Assembly: GCF_009914755.1 (NCBI RefSeq)
Contig: NC_060926.1
DNA length: 64,000 nt
Source of the DNA: the human T2T-CHM13v2.0 reference genome, Homo sapiens
Reading direction: 5' to 3' (one strand)
Positions 1 through 13,070 of the stretch are shown here, in pieces (the first letter of the stretch is position 1; each line of letters begins with the position of its first letter). The notes beneath the pieces are model-generated. The model searched no databases, was not told where the DNA came from, and saw only the letters and a program-made list of their open reading frames with translations. A program made the translations under genes and the position numbers.

Positions 1-168
1 AGTCAGGAACAAATGACGAAGTGGGTGCCACTGTCACTCCATTGTCCAGCGAGACCAGGGAGAAGCCACCCAGCATTCCCCACTGATCACCCCAACACAC
101 ACACACCATCACACCTTCGACCCCCCGACACTCACACTGGAGGCTCCCGCACAACAGCTCAGACCTAC

Positions 169-234
169 CTTGCCGTTCATTATTGCGCAAGCATTTCACC
201 TTGGGCAACTTGATGAGCTGTTTACAGTCATCAG
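169..234 (-). CDS. GALNT14: GALNT14 coding exon 5 (66 nt, phase 1 to 1)
   Basis: ttttgtctttgcag|CTGATGAC...CGGCAAG|gtaggt. Translates (P)[21 protein letters not shown](G). Confidence 0.97.
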
Positions 235-564
235 CTGCAAAGACAAAAGGTTAAGCCAATTGAGCGCCCAGGGATGGACCTACGTGTTACAATTGTGTGC
301 ACTGCAGGTGAACCTGAAGGGTAGGTGAGGCAGCCCTGTCCACTGTCCCCTAACTGCAGAGTGCAGTCCTGACTCCAGGGTGTTTCCAGGCTATGAGAGG
401 CTGACAGATCACTGCTGTCATACAAGGTGGCCAGTCTAGGGCAAAGAGGCCTCAACTGGGCCACTTTGGAACAGGTCAGTACACAATGGCACCTGTATAC
501 TTGCTTGAAAATGTTCCAGGTGGAAAATCTTGGCCTAGTCACCTGGGGACATTTCTCTTTTCTT

Positions 565-761
565 TTTTGTTATTTTTCTCTTTAAACAATTTTTAATTTA
601 AATTTTTAATCTTTAATTCTTATGGACACATAGTAGATATATATATTTATGGGGCACAGGAAATGTTTTGATCCAGGCATGCAATGTGTAATAATCACAT
701 CATGGAGAATGGAGTATCCATCCCCTCAAGCATTTATCCTTGTTATTAATACAAACAATCT
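565..761 (-). mobile_element. 5'-truncated L1 3' end (L1MA-like)
   Basis: T-rich tail followed by caggcatgcaatgtgtaataatcacatcatggagaatggagtatccatcccctcaagcatttatcc, typical of the reverse L1MA 3' UTR. Confidence 0.8.
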
Positions 762-770
762 CATTTCTCT

Positions 771-1262
<492 letters not shown>

Positions 1263-1436
1263 TAAGCATTTGTCCCTGTTACTCCCTGGCTTGCCTGCTG
1301 CTCCTCACTCCTTTGGTTCACCAGCTCCCTGGCTCTGAACTCCATATCTTGGCTCCACCATTGTGGTTTTGCTTTATTAGTTTATTGACCTTGGCCTCCC
1401 TGCTTGGCTCTGAACTTTAAAGAATAACAGAAAAGA

Positions 1437-1660
1437 CTTACACAGGCTTCTGGGCTAGGTACTGTTCTAAGCACTTCAAATGTGTTAACATGTTTAATCC
1501 TTATATAAACCATATATACCATCTCTGTTTTATAACAAGGAAACTGACATGCACCAGGTTGATTATTTGCCCAAGGCACATAGCTAGTGAGTGATTTACA
1601 GGTCTAGGATTTGAACCTAGGCAGTCTGGCTCCAGAGTCCATGTTTTAACCACTGCTATT
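1437..1660 (-). mobile_element. MIR SINE
   Basis: ggatttgaacctaggcagtctggctccagagtccatgttttaaccactg plus core aggaaactga...gcccaaggcacatagctagt. Confidence 0.85.
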
Positions 1661-2653
1661 CTGCTTGCAAGTGAATCCAGCAGCACTCTCTTCTCTTGCT
1701 TCAGTGCCAGGCTACCCCTCAGCAGGGCCAGTGTCTGCCCACCTCCAAGCTCTTCCTCACTGGGGAAGGGAGAGCCGATCCTCACGTTCCAGAACTCAGA
1801 GTCTTGATCTCATTACTCTAGGCCTCATGTACAGCCCACTTCTGCATCACCCCCAGAGGTTCTGAGGCAGCACCAATGGGTAGGGGTTTCCAGCCTTCGT
1901 ACAGCAGACCGCAGTGTGGGGGTGGCTCCCAATGCCCAGCTTCCAGCCTCAGAACTAGTGGGGGTGGACTCCACTCTGATAGGACCTGGAGCTGTCCACA
2001 GTGGTCATTCCATTTCCCTCAGTTCGTCACCAGGAAGAGGGTGTTCTGCTTGGTTATGATTGACTGCACAGAACTGTACCCAGGCTCCTGGGAGGACGGC
2101 CTTCAGGTGAGGTGTCGGCACTACCAGTACATTACTTCTGACAATGCTTCAACTATTACTGTACATTTCAAATTTGATGCACAGTGTCTGGTAAGACACA
2201 CATGTTTTTCTTGGAGAGAGTGGATTTGCTGTGAATTTGGATGAGACTCAGGTTCTTTGATAGGATAACTGGAGGACACAAGGTAGGAAATGAGCAAGAA
2301 AAGAATGCGGAAAGGTTGGAAGGCAACCCTCACTGTGTCATGGCCAGGTGACAGGATGTCCCACGGGGTTGGGGAGGTCCCAAAGACAGGGCCCACCTAG
2401 ACCTCCCAGGAAATGATAGGAAGAGGGCCTTAGCTCAGACTGCAGATTATTGCAGAGAACCCGAGAAATTGTTTTTTGGATATAAAGCTTCTCTCCTTCT
2501 GAGCCTAGCCACGGACGCTCAAAGACTTCCGTACCTATTACAAACCTGGGCTTTTCCCCATTCCCAGAAAACCAGTGGACTCACCTCTGCCTGTTACAGA
2601 GTGGCTGGGAACAGACATTCGTGTCTAAAGAGCAAGTGAGCAACATGACTTAC

Positions 2654-2721
2654 GGTCATTGCTGAAGTCATCCACTAATATGATTTCCCGGATCAGATGC
2701 GTAGGGGTGCGGTTTAATACA
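2654..2721 (-). CDS. GALNT14: GALNT14 coding exon 4 (68 nt, phase 2 to 1)
   Basis: cttgcag|TGTATTAAAC...AATGACC|gtaagt. Translates (S)[22 protein letters not shown](P), with the conserved EIILVDD.S motif. Confidence 0.97.
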
Positions 2722-3084
2722 CTGCAAGATGGAAACAGAAAAAAATCACTGGAACTTCTAGTGGCAAAATATATGTACTAACCCGAGTTTTAAATAGATA
2801 CCATTGCATTTAAGGAATGAAAAATCAGAGCACCAACGGGCTTGTCCAGTCATATTGCTTATCTGTGAGCCAGGAGGAATGTAATTCTGCCTTCACCATC
2901 TTAGTGAATACCTCCACCACCCGCAAAGCCACCCAGACAGAAGCCCAGGAGTTAACCTCGGCAACCCTCCTACTCCCTGAAACCCCACAGCAAATCAGTA
3001 AAGACTGGCTGGTTTGACTGGAAAATGTCACTCAAATCACTTTCACTTCTTATATCTCTCCCCTGATTTAACCTCTTCTGTCTA

Positions 3085-3655
3085 GTTTATAGCCTCAACT
3101 TGCCCCAGCCTCTCCCAGGCCATCTTGCTCGTGGTCTCCAGAGCGAACTTTCTGACAAGGAGCTTTGATTGTGTGACTCTCCTCGCCAATGCAAATAAAT
3201 AAACTGACAGCCCCCCAGGGGCTCCTCACTATTGACATCCCAAATCCTCAGCACATTCCTAAGGCCTTTGCCATCAGAAGCTGGCCCACATTTCCCCACC
3301 TCCCATGCCCAGTGCCGCTGTCTGAAGCTGTCCTGCTCATTCATAACTAAGAGCCTCTCTCCTGCTGCTGCCGCTGCTTGAAATGCCCCTGTGCTGCCCA
3401 CAAGGACCAGTTTGAATGTCACTTCCTCCCTAACAGCTTTCCAAGCCACTACGTGAGAATTAATTGCTTCCTCCTCTGGGATCTCCTAGTAGTTTGTATC
3501 TGATCCTATGACTTTTCTCACTTCCCAGCCCTGAAGTTTGGTTTTGTACCTCACCCGCCTGTGGTCCCCTCTGGAGGGAAATATCCCAGGGCAAGACCCT
3601 TGACCCATTGCTCTCTTTATTGCCAGAGTCTAGCACAGAGCCTTGGTCCATAACT
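3085..3655 (+). mobile_element. L2 3' fragment (degenerate)
   Basis: gcttgaaatgccc...gaatgtcacttcctcc...ccagagtctagcacagagcc, L2 3'-end motifs. Confidence 0.65.
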
Positions 3656-3744
3656 ATTCCCTCGAGGGATATTTACTGAACACCTACTATGTGCTCAGCA
3701 CTGGGCATATGATGATTCTACCCTCCAGAAGCTTGTGGTATAGC

Positions 3745-3935
3745 AGCTACTTACTACAAGCTGTGTAATCTCGGGCAAGTTACTTTACTGCTCTGTGCAG
3801 CAAAGAATCCCATCTAGAAAACAGGGATAATAGGAGTACTTATTTCACAGTGCAGTTGAGCAAATTAAAGGAGAAAGTGTATAAAAAGCATTTAACATGA
3901 TATTTGGCACTTTATGATAACAAATGGTTGCAATT
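3745..3935 (+). mobile_element. MIR SINE
   Basis: acttactacaagctgtgtaatctcgggcaagttactttactgctctgtgc core. Confidence 0.75.
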
Positions 3936-5837
3936 TTTTATTATCACTTAATTTGGTGCATCATTAATGATTTTTGAATCTAACTGACTCACTTACCCCT
4001 CCTGTGCTGTGGATCTCTATCCAGGGGCAAGGTTAACTCTGTGTCTTAGGTCTGACTGAGATGACTGGATCCTGCTTCTCCTGAACACCCCAAACCACGT
4101 GACTACTCAGAAACATGGCTGGGCCACACCAGCTATCACGGGATTCCCTGTGATGTTGGAGAGGGGGTTCAGAATGGGTGCAGGTGGAGGCGCTGTATGC
4201 AGCCCTCCTCCCAGGAGGACCCTTCTGAGCCCTGACTGGAGAGCACTACCCCTTCTATGCAGGATGCAGACTCTACTGGAAGAGAACTTAGCCTGGAGCT
4301 ACCATATTTATGAAGCCTTGATTCTCACCATGGCAACTAGTATCAGATGGAGAGAGGAACCCCAACACAAAGTCGTGAGCTCACTGTCTCTGTCTTCGGG
4401 AGCTCATGGTCAGGGAGGGGAAAGAAGGCTGCAGCCTCTGCCAGAGGATGGTGGAATGGGACTGTTCACCATGATCGTCCCAAAGAAAACACATACAAAC
4501 AACAACCAGCCCTCTAATCAGGGAGGGAAGCAGGAGACAGCGGAAAACCTGCTGGAAGAATAACCCCTAATGAGGTTTGATTACGGCTGTAGCTTCTGCA
4601 TTCAATTCTGCTAAATCCCTGCCAGCTCTTTGAAATTCAAGAGTTCTCTTCTGCGAACATCAAAAGGTAAATCGCGTGCGGCTCTGCACTGGTTGAACTG
4701 AGAGATGATTAGTGAATAAAAAATGTCCAGGGTTTAAAACAGAAAAGAAAAAAAAAAGAAATAGTCAGCAGTGAGTGCTAATTAGACCATTTCGTGGTAA
4801 CACCTGGCTTGTTTTTGCTTCTCTAATCAGAACAATTGGAGCGATGGCGGAGTCCCCTTAAACATGGCCTGCAGCTGGGAGGGCCTGAGGTGGGCACGTG
4901 CTCTGGGTGGTCAGAGGAGAAGGTCAAGTCCAGTCCAAGGGACCTAGCCTGGCCTAGGTGGTCCTCCAGGGCCCTCCCTCATGCACACCCACTCTCATTC
5001 CCTCCACCCTGGGAGGGAATGGTTGCTCAGGTCTCCCTCCCTTGCTCTCACCACTGCCTCTACAGCAAAGCAAATCCATTCGTCCAGGCCCAGCAGAGGA
5101 TAGCTCTTCTCAGCCTCACCCCCACTCCAGCTGCCTTCCCCACACCCTTCCTTTGCCTCAGCATGGGAATAAATGCTCTCCTCACTCTGCCTGGGATTGT
5201 TCTAGAACAGAGTCTTCTATATGCAGCTCATCTCTCTGCCAGAGGGCAGGTACACAGGTGGCTTCTACACCTGCTGCACCCTAACTATTGGCCCTCAAGG
5301 AGCCCCCAGAGGCCGCAGGGCAGCGTGGGCAGTGTAGGCTCAGAGGCCAGGTGGGCTGCACCACCCACTAACTGTGCAATCCTGAACCAGATAGATGTTG
5401 GTTCGCTCCCAGCCTTCATTTCCTCCTGTAATTACATTTTCCTTGTAAAAGCAGGCGATATTAATACTTGACCTACTTCACAGGCTTTTGTGCCTGTGAA
5501 ATAAGGAAATGTATTTGAAATTGCTTTGTGAACTCCACGGTGCTCTATGCAGGCAGGTTTTATCAAACGCTCCATAAATACCAGTAGAATGAAGACCCAA
5601 GGCCGGCTGACAGTTGAGTTTAGTCATTCTGGAGTGAGACTAACTTGGGTTCAAGTACTGTTTCTTTGTATCCACCATTCACTAGCTGGGAGAGCTTCAG
5701 TAAGTACTGAACCTTCAGCACTATAATTTCCTCAGCTGTGTGAAAGGAGCTCACCATGCCTGGCACACAGCAGCTGCTCTCTGAATGGTGGTATTGATAT
5801 TAATAATATTGAAGCTAATAATAGCAATATGCATAAC

Positions 5838-6343
<506 letters not shown>

Positions 6344-6409
6344 ATTAGAACTCTGCTGTCTGCCAGGGCTGGAGGCTCACAATATACACCTGTTGTCACC
6401 GCTCAGGCT

Positions 6410-6620
6410 CACCATATGCCAGGCACTGCTCCAAGTCCTTTCCCTATCTGAAATTACTTTGTCTTCTCCACAATGATGTCAGGTAGTTATTATTAGCAGT
6501 CTCTGTTTTGCAGAAAAGGAAACTGAGGCAGAAAGGCTAACTTGCTTGCTTGTGATCACACACCTGTTAAGGGCAGAGCCATGAAAATCTGGCCCCAGAG
6601 TCCAAATTCTTAACCACCTT
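6410..6620 (-). mobile_element. MIR SINE
   Basis: tgccaggcactgctccaag...ttttgcagaaaaggaaactgaggcagaaagg...cttaaccac. Confidence 0.8.
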
Positions 6621-9600
6621 ACTCTGAGAAATGGCTCCCCTAGATCTGGGATATTATAAAAAAGCAACAGTGAGAAGACTCAACACATAAAGGGATCCAT
6701 TGCCCATGCCTCAGAGCCCCCATGGGAGGGGTGGCGGTGAAGGATGCCCCAAAAGGAAGGTGACAGCGCTGGGTCTCCCATAAACATGCAGACTCACTGC
6801 ATCAGGAGTCAAGATAAACCACTCTTCAGGGCTTGTTTTCTCTCTAAGTGAGAATGTCCCCTAATTCATCAAGGTCATGCTTCTCTACACCCACCCCATC
6901 ATCTGTGTGCCCGATTGAGCCTCTACCTGGCTCTGAGTTCCCCACGTGAGCCTGTCTAGTCCCCAGCTAACTCCAGAGCTTAGGGGGCCAGAGGGTCTGG
7001 GCAGGGGGGTTGCAAAGAGCCTGACAACAAAGCCTGTCCAGAATTCCAGAAAGTTAACAATGAAAGGTACTTTAGAGAAGATCCCTTTATTGAAGACCTC
7101 TGAGACAGGACATGTCCTTCAGTCAGTCCCCTCTCAGTGGCTAGTGATTCATTTGTGCAACAGGATAGAGAGTGAAAGGGAGGTATAGAATCTTAAGGCA
7201 TGGAAGTTTCTAGAAGTAATCTTTCCTGCCTCCACCCCTAACATTCATTTCTGCCCTGCCTGCTTTTGATATAAGCTCCTGGTTGTCTACACATGCCTCT
7301 CAGGTCTCCATTTTGCTGTTTGTGTGTGTCATACTTGGGTCTGAGCTCGGGGCTGGCTGACATCTGAAGTTCCTAGGAGGCAGGAAACAGGCTCTCTCAG
7401 CTAAGTCGTCTGGCACGTCATGGGTGTCTTCTGAAAAGTACAGGGCTGATGGGCGCCAAGAACCCTCCCAGAGTGCAGGGTTCCAGGGCCTCAGGGCAGC
7501 CCTCCAACAGGCAGGCAGACAGAGGAGCCGCGCTGTACCTCCAGGAAACCCAGGAAAGCTGACGCCTGATGCCTCTGCTCTCAACAAGTGCACCACCTGC
7601 CCCACAGGCTCAGGATGAGGCTCCAACTGGAGTGAGAGAAGGAATGTGTTCTGCAGGCCACAAAGCTCAGGATACATTTAACACGGTAATCTTATTAAGT
7701 ATCATTAATACCACATAGAGGTGGAGGAGCGGCAGGAAGAGGAGAAACATGTCTTAGAGTCTGAGCACAGCAGCTAAGGTACCCTCGAGGACATAAACAC
7801 TGTTAGGGAGGCCTGGGGGGCCTAGAAGCCCCCATATTACATACACTGTAATGCCCCCAAATGTCTGAGACATTCCCCAGAGGAACGTTTATTGTAGAAA
7901 TGTGATAGAATTAGAAACATGAAAGATATTTTTATCATCATTTTCTACAGATGTAGTTAATAACATGCCCCAGGGTCACACAGCTAGGAAGTGGTAGGGT
8001 TTGGATTTGACTCCAGGTCTTCTGACTCCAAGTGTGGTACCCTTTTAAGTATCCCATAGCCTCCTTTCTTTGATCAAGCATTTATTCCATGCCAGGCACT
8101 GTTCTCAGTCCTTTAGCCGAATTAACCCTTAGCAACCCTATGCACTAAGTACGATTAGTATTCTCATTTCCTTGGTTAGGATACTGAGCCATTGGGAGGT
8201 TAAGAGATGGATAAGATAAGTCCTTGCCCTAAAGGAGCTCACTGAAGGTTACATGCTGAAAAAATGCAGCAAGTACTGGAGTAGTGATATGTAGAGAAGG
8301 GCCCAGAGGAAGCCCCTGATGGGGTGCATGTGTGTGATGGTGTCAGGGGATGGAGGCACCCAGCATCAGAGAGCTTCTTGCAGGATGGGCAGGGAGAGGC
8401 CAGCCTGGAAAGCGAGGGGCCTCTCTCAGGTGCTAACGCTGTTCTCATGGAAACATCTGGCAGGCATGCCCAGTCATGACCGGTGGAGCAGCCACCATGG
8501 CGGTGGGGAAGGCAGAGGTTGCAGTTGGTCTGCTCCATGAACCCCCCCTGGTGCCCCAGCACATCACAACGGCAGGGCTGTGGTCTGGCACTTCAGAACC
8601 AGCCACCTCCACCTCCCTGTGTGTCCTCTCAGCCTGGATGCCCCAGACGCTCCTCCCCTCACCACAGGAGACCCAGGAGAATTGGGCCTCCTCCATCCCT
8701 GTTGTCCCCACACTTAACCAGCCAGGCGCTTTGTTATCGTTAATCTACCCCGAGACTCCCGGTGACACCTGACAGTGACTTGGCACATTTTCTTGTCAAG
8801 AGCTATTGCCTGGTTGGGAAATCAAATTTGAATCAGGTGGCTCTTGGGGTGATTACAGAAGCCAGGATGGGCACGTGGCTGGAGGAAGAAGCCAGCCTGA
8901 CATTGCCAAGGATGTCTAAACAGCAGACAGGGCTGTCCCCTTGGATGGGTGGAAGCACTGGGCTAAAAACTGTGTGTCTGGGCAGGTCCCTCCCTATGTC
9001 TCTAAGGGATGTGGTGACTGTATACAGTGGACATTCATCATTCATGACAGGTGGAGCTGAAGATTTGGTGCCTTCCCTCAGGGTGACCCTACTGCAGGAC
9101 TTACCTCCCATCACCTGGAACTTCCCACTGCCCACAGCCATGCGGCGGCGGGAGAGACAGGAAAAGTGTAGCCTGCATGATGGAAACAATGAGATTTTGC
9201 TGTGTTTCGTGTGCTCTCTGACCCATGTTTCATCATATTTTTTTCTCTGTGGCATCGGCACCAGCTGATGTGCTGCTCAGCAGGACAGGAAGGGTCTAAT
9301 GAGCCGCGTTTCATGGGGACATGGAGGTACTGGGGGTTCTTGCTCAGCTGCGGGACGTGGCTGTGGCATTCCTGGCCCCGAAGGATGCTGAACACCACCA
9401 CTGGGACTAGCCTCTCCCTACTCAGGCTGACAAGAAGGAGGACTCTGAGATCAGAGTGCAAGGCCTGGAATCCTGCCTCACTATCACTGGCTAGGCGACA
9501 CTGGACCTTGATTTAGTATCTCCAATGTCAGTTTCCTCAGCTGTGAAGTGGGCGTGGCAGTGGCCTCCTCACCTCTGCAGCTGAGGTGCACAGAATATGT

Positions 9601-10224
9601 GCGCAGAGGAGCTGGAGTGAGGGCGGCTGCTGTCATTGCCATCTGAGAGGTAGATACTGCTGGTGGCCTGAGGGAGGGAGAAGAGGACAGATGACTTCTG
9701 GAGGGGAGGGCGGGCATGGGGGAAGGGGGGTGAAACAGCCAGAGTCTTTGGAGAATCTGGGGGAGGAAATCCTGGGTAAGCCTTCTGGGTGCAGGTCTAT
9801 GTTCTGAGGGGAGTTCTGCTAGGGACTGGCACTGGGACTTGGGCACATCAAAAACCCACGCAGGCCAGAGGCCATCCATAGCAGGATACACCTATTAGAG
9901 CAAGAACACGACCCAGAGGATGAGTGGACTGAAGCCCAGGGGAACGGGGATGGAACTGCAGGTAGATGGTCAGGAAGGCAAGCCTTAGTGATTGCTGCAG
10001 GCCGTTCTGATTTGCATGGCCCCTGGCAAGTGTGTGGGAGGGCAGAGAATCAGGGTGCTGGGTGCTGACCCCAGCCTGATGCTGGGGCTGGGGTGTGCAC
10101 TCAGCCTTTCAGGGCCTCAGCCCCTTCCTCATTTGTGGAAGTCAGAACCCATGCTCTAGAGGCAGCCTGGCAGAGTGGGGAGGCCGAGGGCTCTGAGGCT
10201 GCTTCTTCTACTTATTCTCTTTGA

Positions 10225-10360
10225 CCTTCTGCACGTTACCTAACACCACAGGCCTCTGTCTTTCTATAAAATGGGATAATAGCCTCCCTTACAGGAATGT
10301 GAGGAGTGACTGAGTGGACACATGTGACATATAGAATAGTGCCTGGCATGTAGTTAGATG
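10225..10360 (+). mobile_element. MIR SINE just downstream (in transcript) of exon 3
   Basis: ctataaaatgggataatagcc...tagaatagtgcctggcatgtagt. Confidence 0.7.
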
Positions 10361-10461
10361 TGTCTGGTGCTCCTAGTACAGCGCTGGGCACCTGGGGAGC
10401 AGACACACTGTCACCAAGTGCTGGCCCAGAGCTGGCCAACAGACAAGCAAGGATGCCTCAC

Positions 10462-10560
10462 CTGCGGATGGTCCTGAGCAGCGTGGAGCGGGCCTCGTTG
10501 TGGAAGGTGATGATGATGCTAGTGGGTGGAAGGTCCGTGCAATACACCAGCAGTGTGCAT
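10462..10560 (-). CDS. GALNT14: GALNT14 coding exon 3 (99 nt, phase 2 to 2), start of GT-A catalytic domain
   Basis: ttccccag|ATGCACACTG...ATCCGCAG|gtgagg. Translates (R)[32 protein letters not shown](S), the family LP.TSIII.FHNEA.STLLRT motif. Confidence 0.97.
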
Positions 10561-11432
10561 CTGGGGAAGGAAAGGCACAGGGCAAGTGAGACCTTCAGGG
10601 ACAAAGCATATCTGGAGGGCTAGAACCGAGGGCATCTGGGTGGGCATCCCTATGCCAGATGCTTGATATCTAGAAGGGCTTCCCCAGCTGCAGAGTACTA
10701 GGTAAGACCCCACGGCTTCACCTGGCCCTAAGAGGGGCTGGGGAGCTCCAAGAATGACTAAATCTGAATTTTCTACCACCTTGGGGGAACCTAGGCTTGG
10801 AGACGAATTGAGTTGATATACTGAAAATAAGTGTGGTATTTCTTGCATGCCTGAGCCAGTGCACAGTGGCTCCTGGTAGCTGCATGAACACAACCCCAAG
10901 TCGGGCTCTGCTTCCCACTCTCTACCCTTTCAGCCCATCTGCCCACACCACTGGCCAGTGGGTAGATTCCAGTCGGCAGAGGCTTCACTGTGTTCTGGGC
11001 TAACAGCTTCAGGCTACCATGTTGTGCTGACGCCCAGCCCCTGCAACACACACCTAAATGTGGCATGTAAAAGAGGCAGAGCCCCAAACCCTGGTATAAG
11101 TGATAAAACCCCATCTTGAAAAGGCATTCACTTCCATGTATCCAGGATTATTTCCTATGACAATTACATCTGGGGTAATTTCAATTTAATACCTCGCTGC
11201 AAGTGAAAATTGTAGCCTGCAGCTTGAAAATTACTATAATAATGAAAATAAACCCGCCAAGTGAGGCTGGTGGCACCAGGGGCTATCACTGGGTAAATGC
11301 TTCCTCCTGTTTCTTGCTATTTCGGGGGATGTTCAATTATTGCGGGGAGCTGGGGGATATTAAAAGATGAAGTAAATAACAGACTTTAGGGAGTCAAATA
11401 TTTGCTTTTTTCATTATCTATTTTTTTCCTAG

Positions 11433-11615
11433 GCCTGGGGCTTTTAATATAGGGTTCAGAGACCCAGGGATGGACTTCAAGGGACACGTGAGCCCTCTGA
11501 AATTGTTTGCAAACTGTGTGTATAAATGTGCATTTCTTTTCCCCTGGAAAGATAGTTCATAGTTTTCACTAGTCTCAAGAAAGTCTGTGGCCTAAAGCAT
11601 TTAAGATCCTTAGTC
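11433..11615. mobile_element. Probable hAT-Charlie-type MITE (subfamily uncertain)
   Basis: Degenerate inverted termini (ggggcttttaatatagggttca ... gtctgtggcctaaagcatttaagatcct) and gatggacttcaaggg...catagttttcact interior. Confidence 0.5.
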
Positions 11616-11959
11616 CTAGGCTAATGGCCCTGGTGTCATGTTGGCCTCTCAGATAACTCTGATCAGTTTTTTCTATAGGGGCATAGGCTGAAGGCTCATG
11701 GTGTCGGTCCAGAGAACTTATTTAGAAAAAGCCAGGCAGCTCTGATCAGGACTCAAGCATGGGCTGGGCGTGGGTCATCCAGGAGGAGCCAAAAGTTAGG
11801 GAAGGAAGGCCCCAGGAGCAGAGATGGTGGAAAAGGTAAGTCTTGTCCTTCAAGCCTGTCCTCTCTGCCAGAAACAATTTCTCACCATGTCCTTTTGCCC
11901 CACCTCCTGAATTCACCCCTCCTCTCATGCCCATGGCCTCTCAGACAGTCCTTTTTTCT

Positions 11960-12460
11960 CAGGGGAGCACTGCAGCAGCTTCCTGACCCATCTTTCTGCC
12001 TTCAGTCTCTGCCCCTGCCAGTCATGTCCTGTCCACCACATAGCTCTGCCAAAGCTTCCTCTGGTTTGAATCCCTCCAGCAGTTCCTGATGTATGAAGTC
12101 CAAACTCCCTATCACAGCCTTCTACACCCTTCAAAATCAGTCTTGTATGCTGCCATGACTCTCCACCATTGCTCATGCTATTACCTCTGCATGGAGCAAC
12201 GTCCTTTCTCCTTCCTCTACCTGAGGACTCTTATTCAACCTTCAAGACCCAGAGCAAATGTCCCCTCTGCTGTGAAGGTGTTCCATACTCCCCCAAATAG
12301 GTAAGGACCTGTCCTTTGTGTTGCCATCATTCTGTACATAACTCTTTTCTCGCAGTTCTCGTGATGAGACTCTCCTCAACTTGACTGTGAGTTCCTCCAG
12401 GGAAGGCCCATGCCCTTGTCCATCTTTACATCACTAGAACAGGGTTTAAGTATACCAGTT
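11960..12460 (+). mobile_element. L2 fragment
   Basis: aagtccaaactcc...ttcaagacccagagcaaatgtcccctctgctgtgaagg...gactgtgagttcctccaggg. Confidence 0.7.
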
Positions 12461-12544
12461 GTCCATTGATAGAGAAAGGGAGAAAGTAAGTCAGGAAGTG
12501 CGTTCCTAGGTCAGCTGAAGACAGCCTCTTCTAGCTTTCTAAGG

Positions 12545-13070
12545 TGTGACAGCCAGCCGCCGATGGCTGCCACTGATCTTCACTAACTGGGTTTTATGTC
12601 CTTGTGTAGCCCCTCCCTCACTGAAGCAGGGCAGCTCATATGACCCATAGAATATGGTAGAAGTGACGGTGTGTGTCTCCCAAGGTTAAATCACAAAAAC
12701 ATTGCAGGCTCTGCCTTGGCCACTTGGAGGGAAGCCAGCTGCCATGCTGTGGGGACACTCGAGCAGCCCTGTCTACGGAGAGATGTCCAGGTGGAGAGGA
12801 ACTGTGGCCACCTGCTGAAGGCTGGCACCAACTTGCCAGCCACATGAATGAGTCACCTTGGAAGTGGGTCTGAAGCTCCAGTCAAGCCTTCAGATGACAG
12901 TGGCTACAACAGACTTCCAACTGCAGTTCAATGAGACTCCAAGCCAGAACCACCCAGCCAAGATGCTCTGAATTCCTGACCCACAGACACTGTGAAGATA
13001 ATCGATGATTCTTGTTGTTTTACACCACAAAGTTTAATCAGGAGTGATTTGTTGTACATTAGATAAGCAG
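12545..13070 (+). mobile_element. MaLR solo LTR (MLT1F-like)
   Basis: ggaagccagctgccatgctgtg...ccagtcaagccttcagatgac...aagccagaaccacccagccaag...aattcctgacccacagacactgtga. Confidence 0.85.

Noticed and set aside
4836-5471. Longest ORF in the track (211 aa, plus strand)
   Set aside because: Starts at a non-ATG codon, has no recognisable domain, shows the composition of random GC-rich intron, and has no supporting gene structure.
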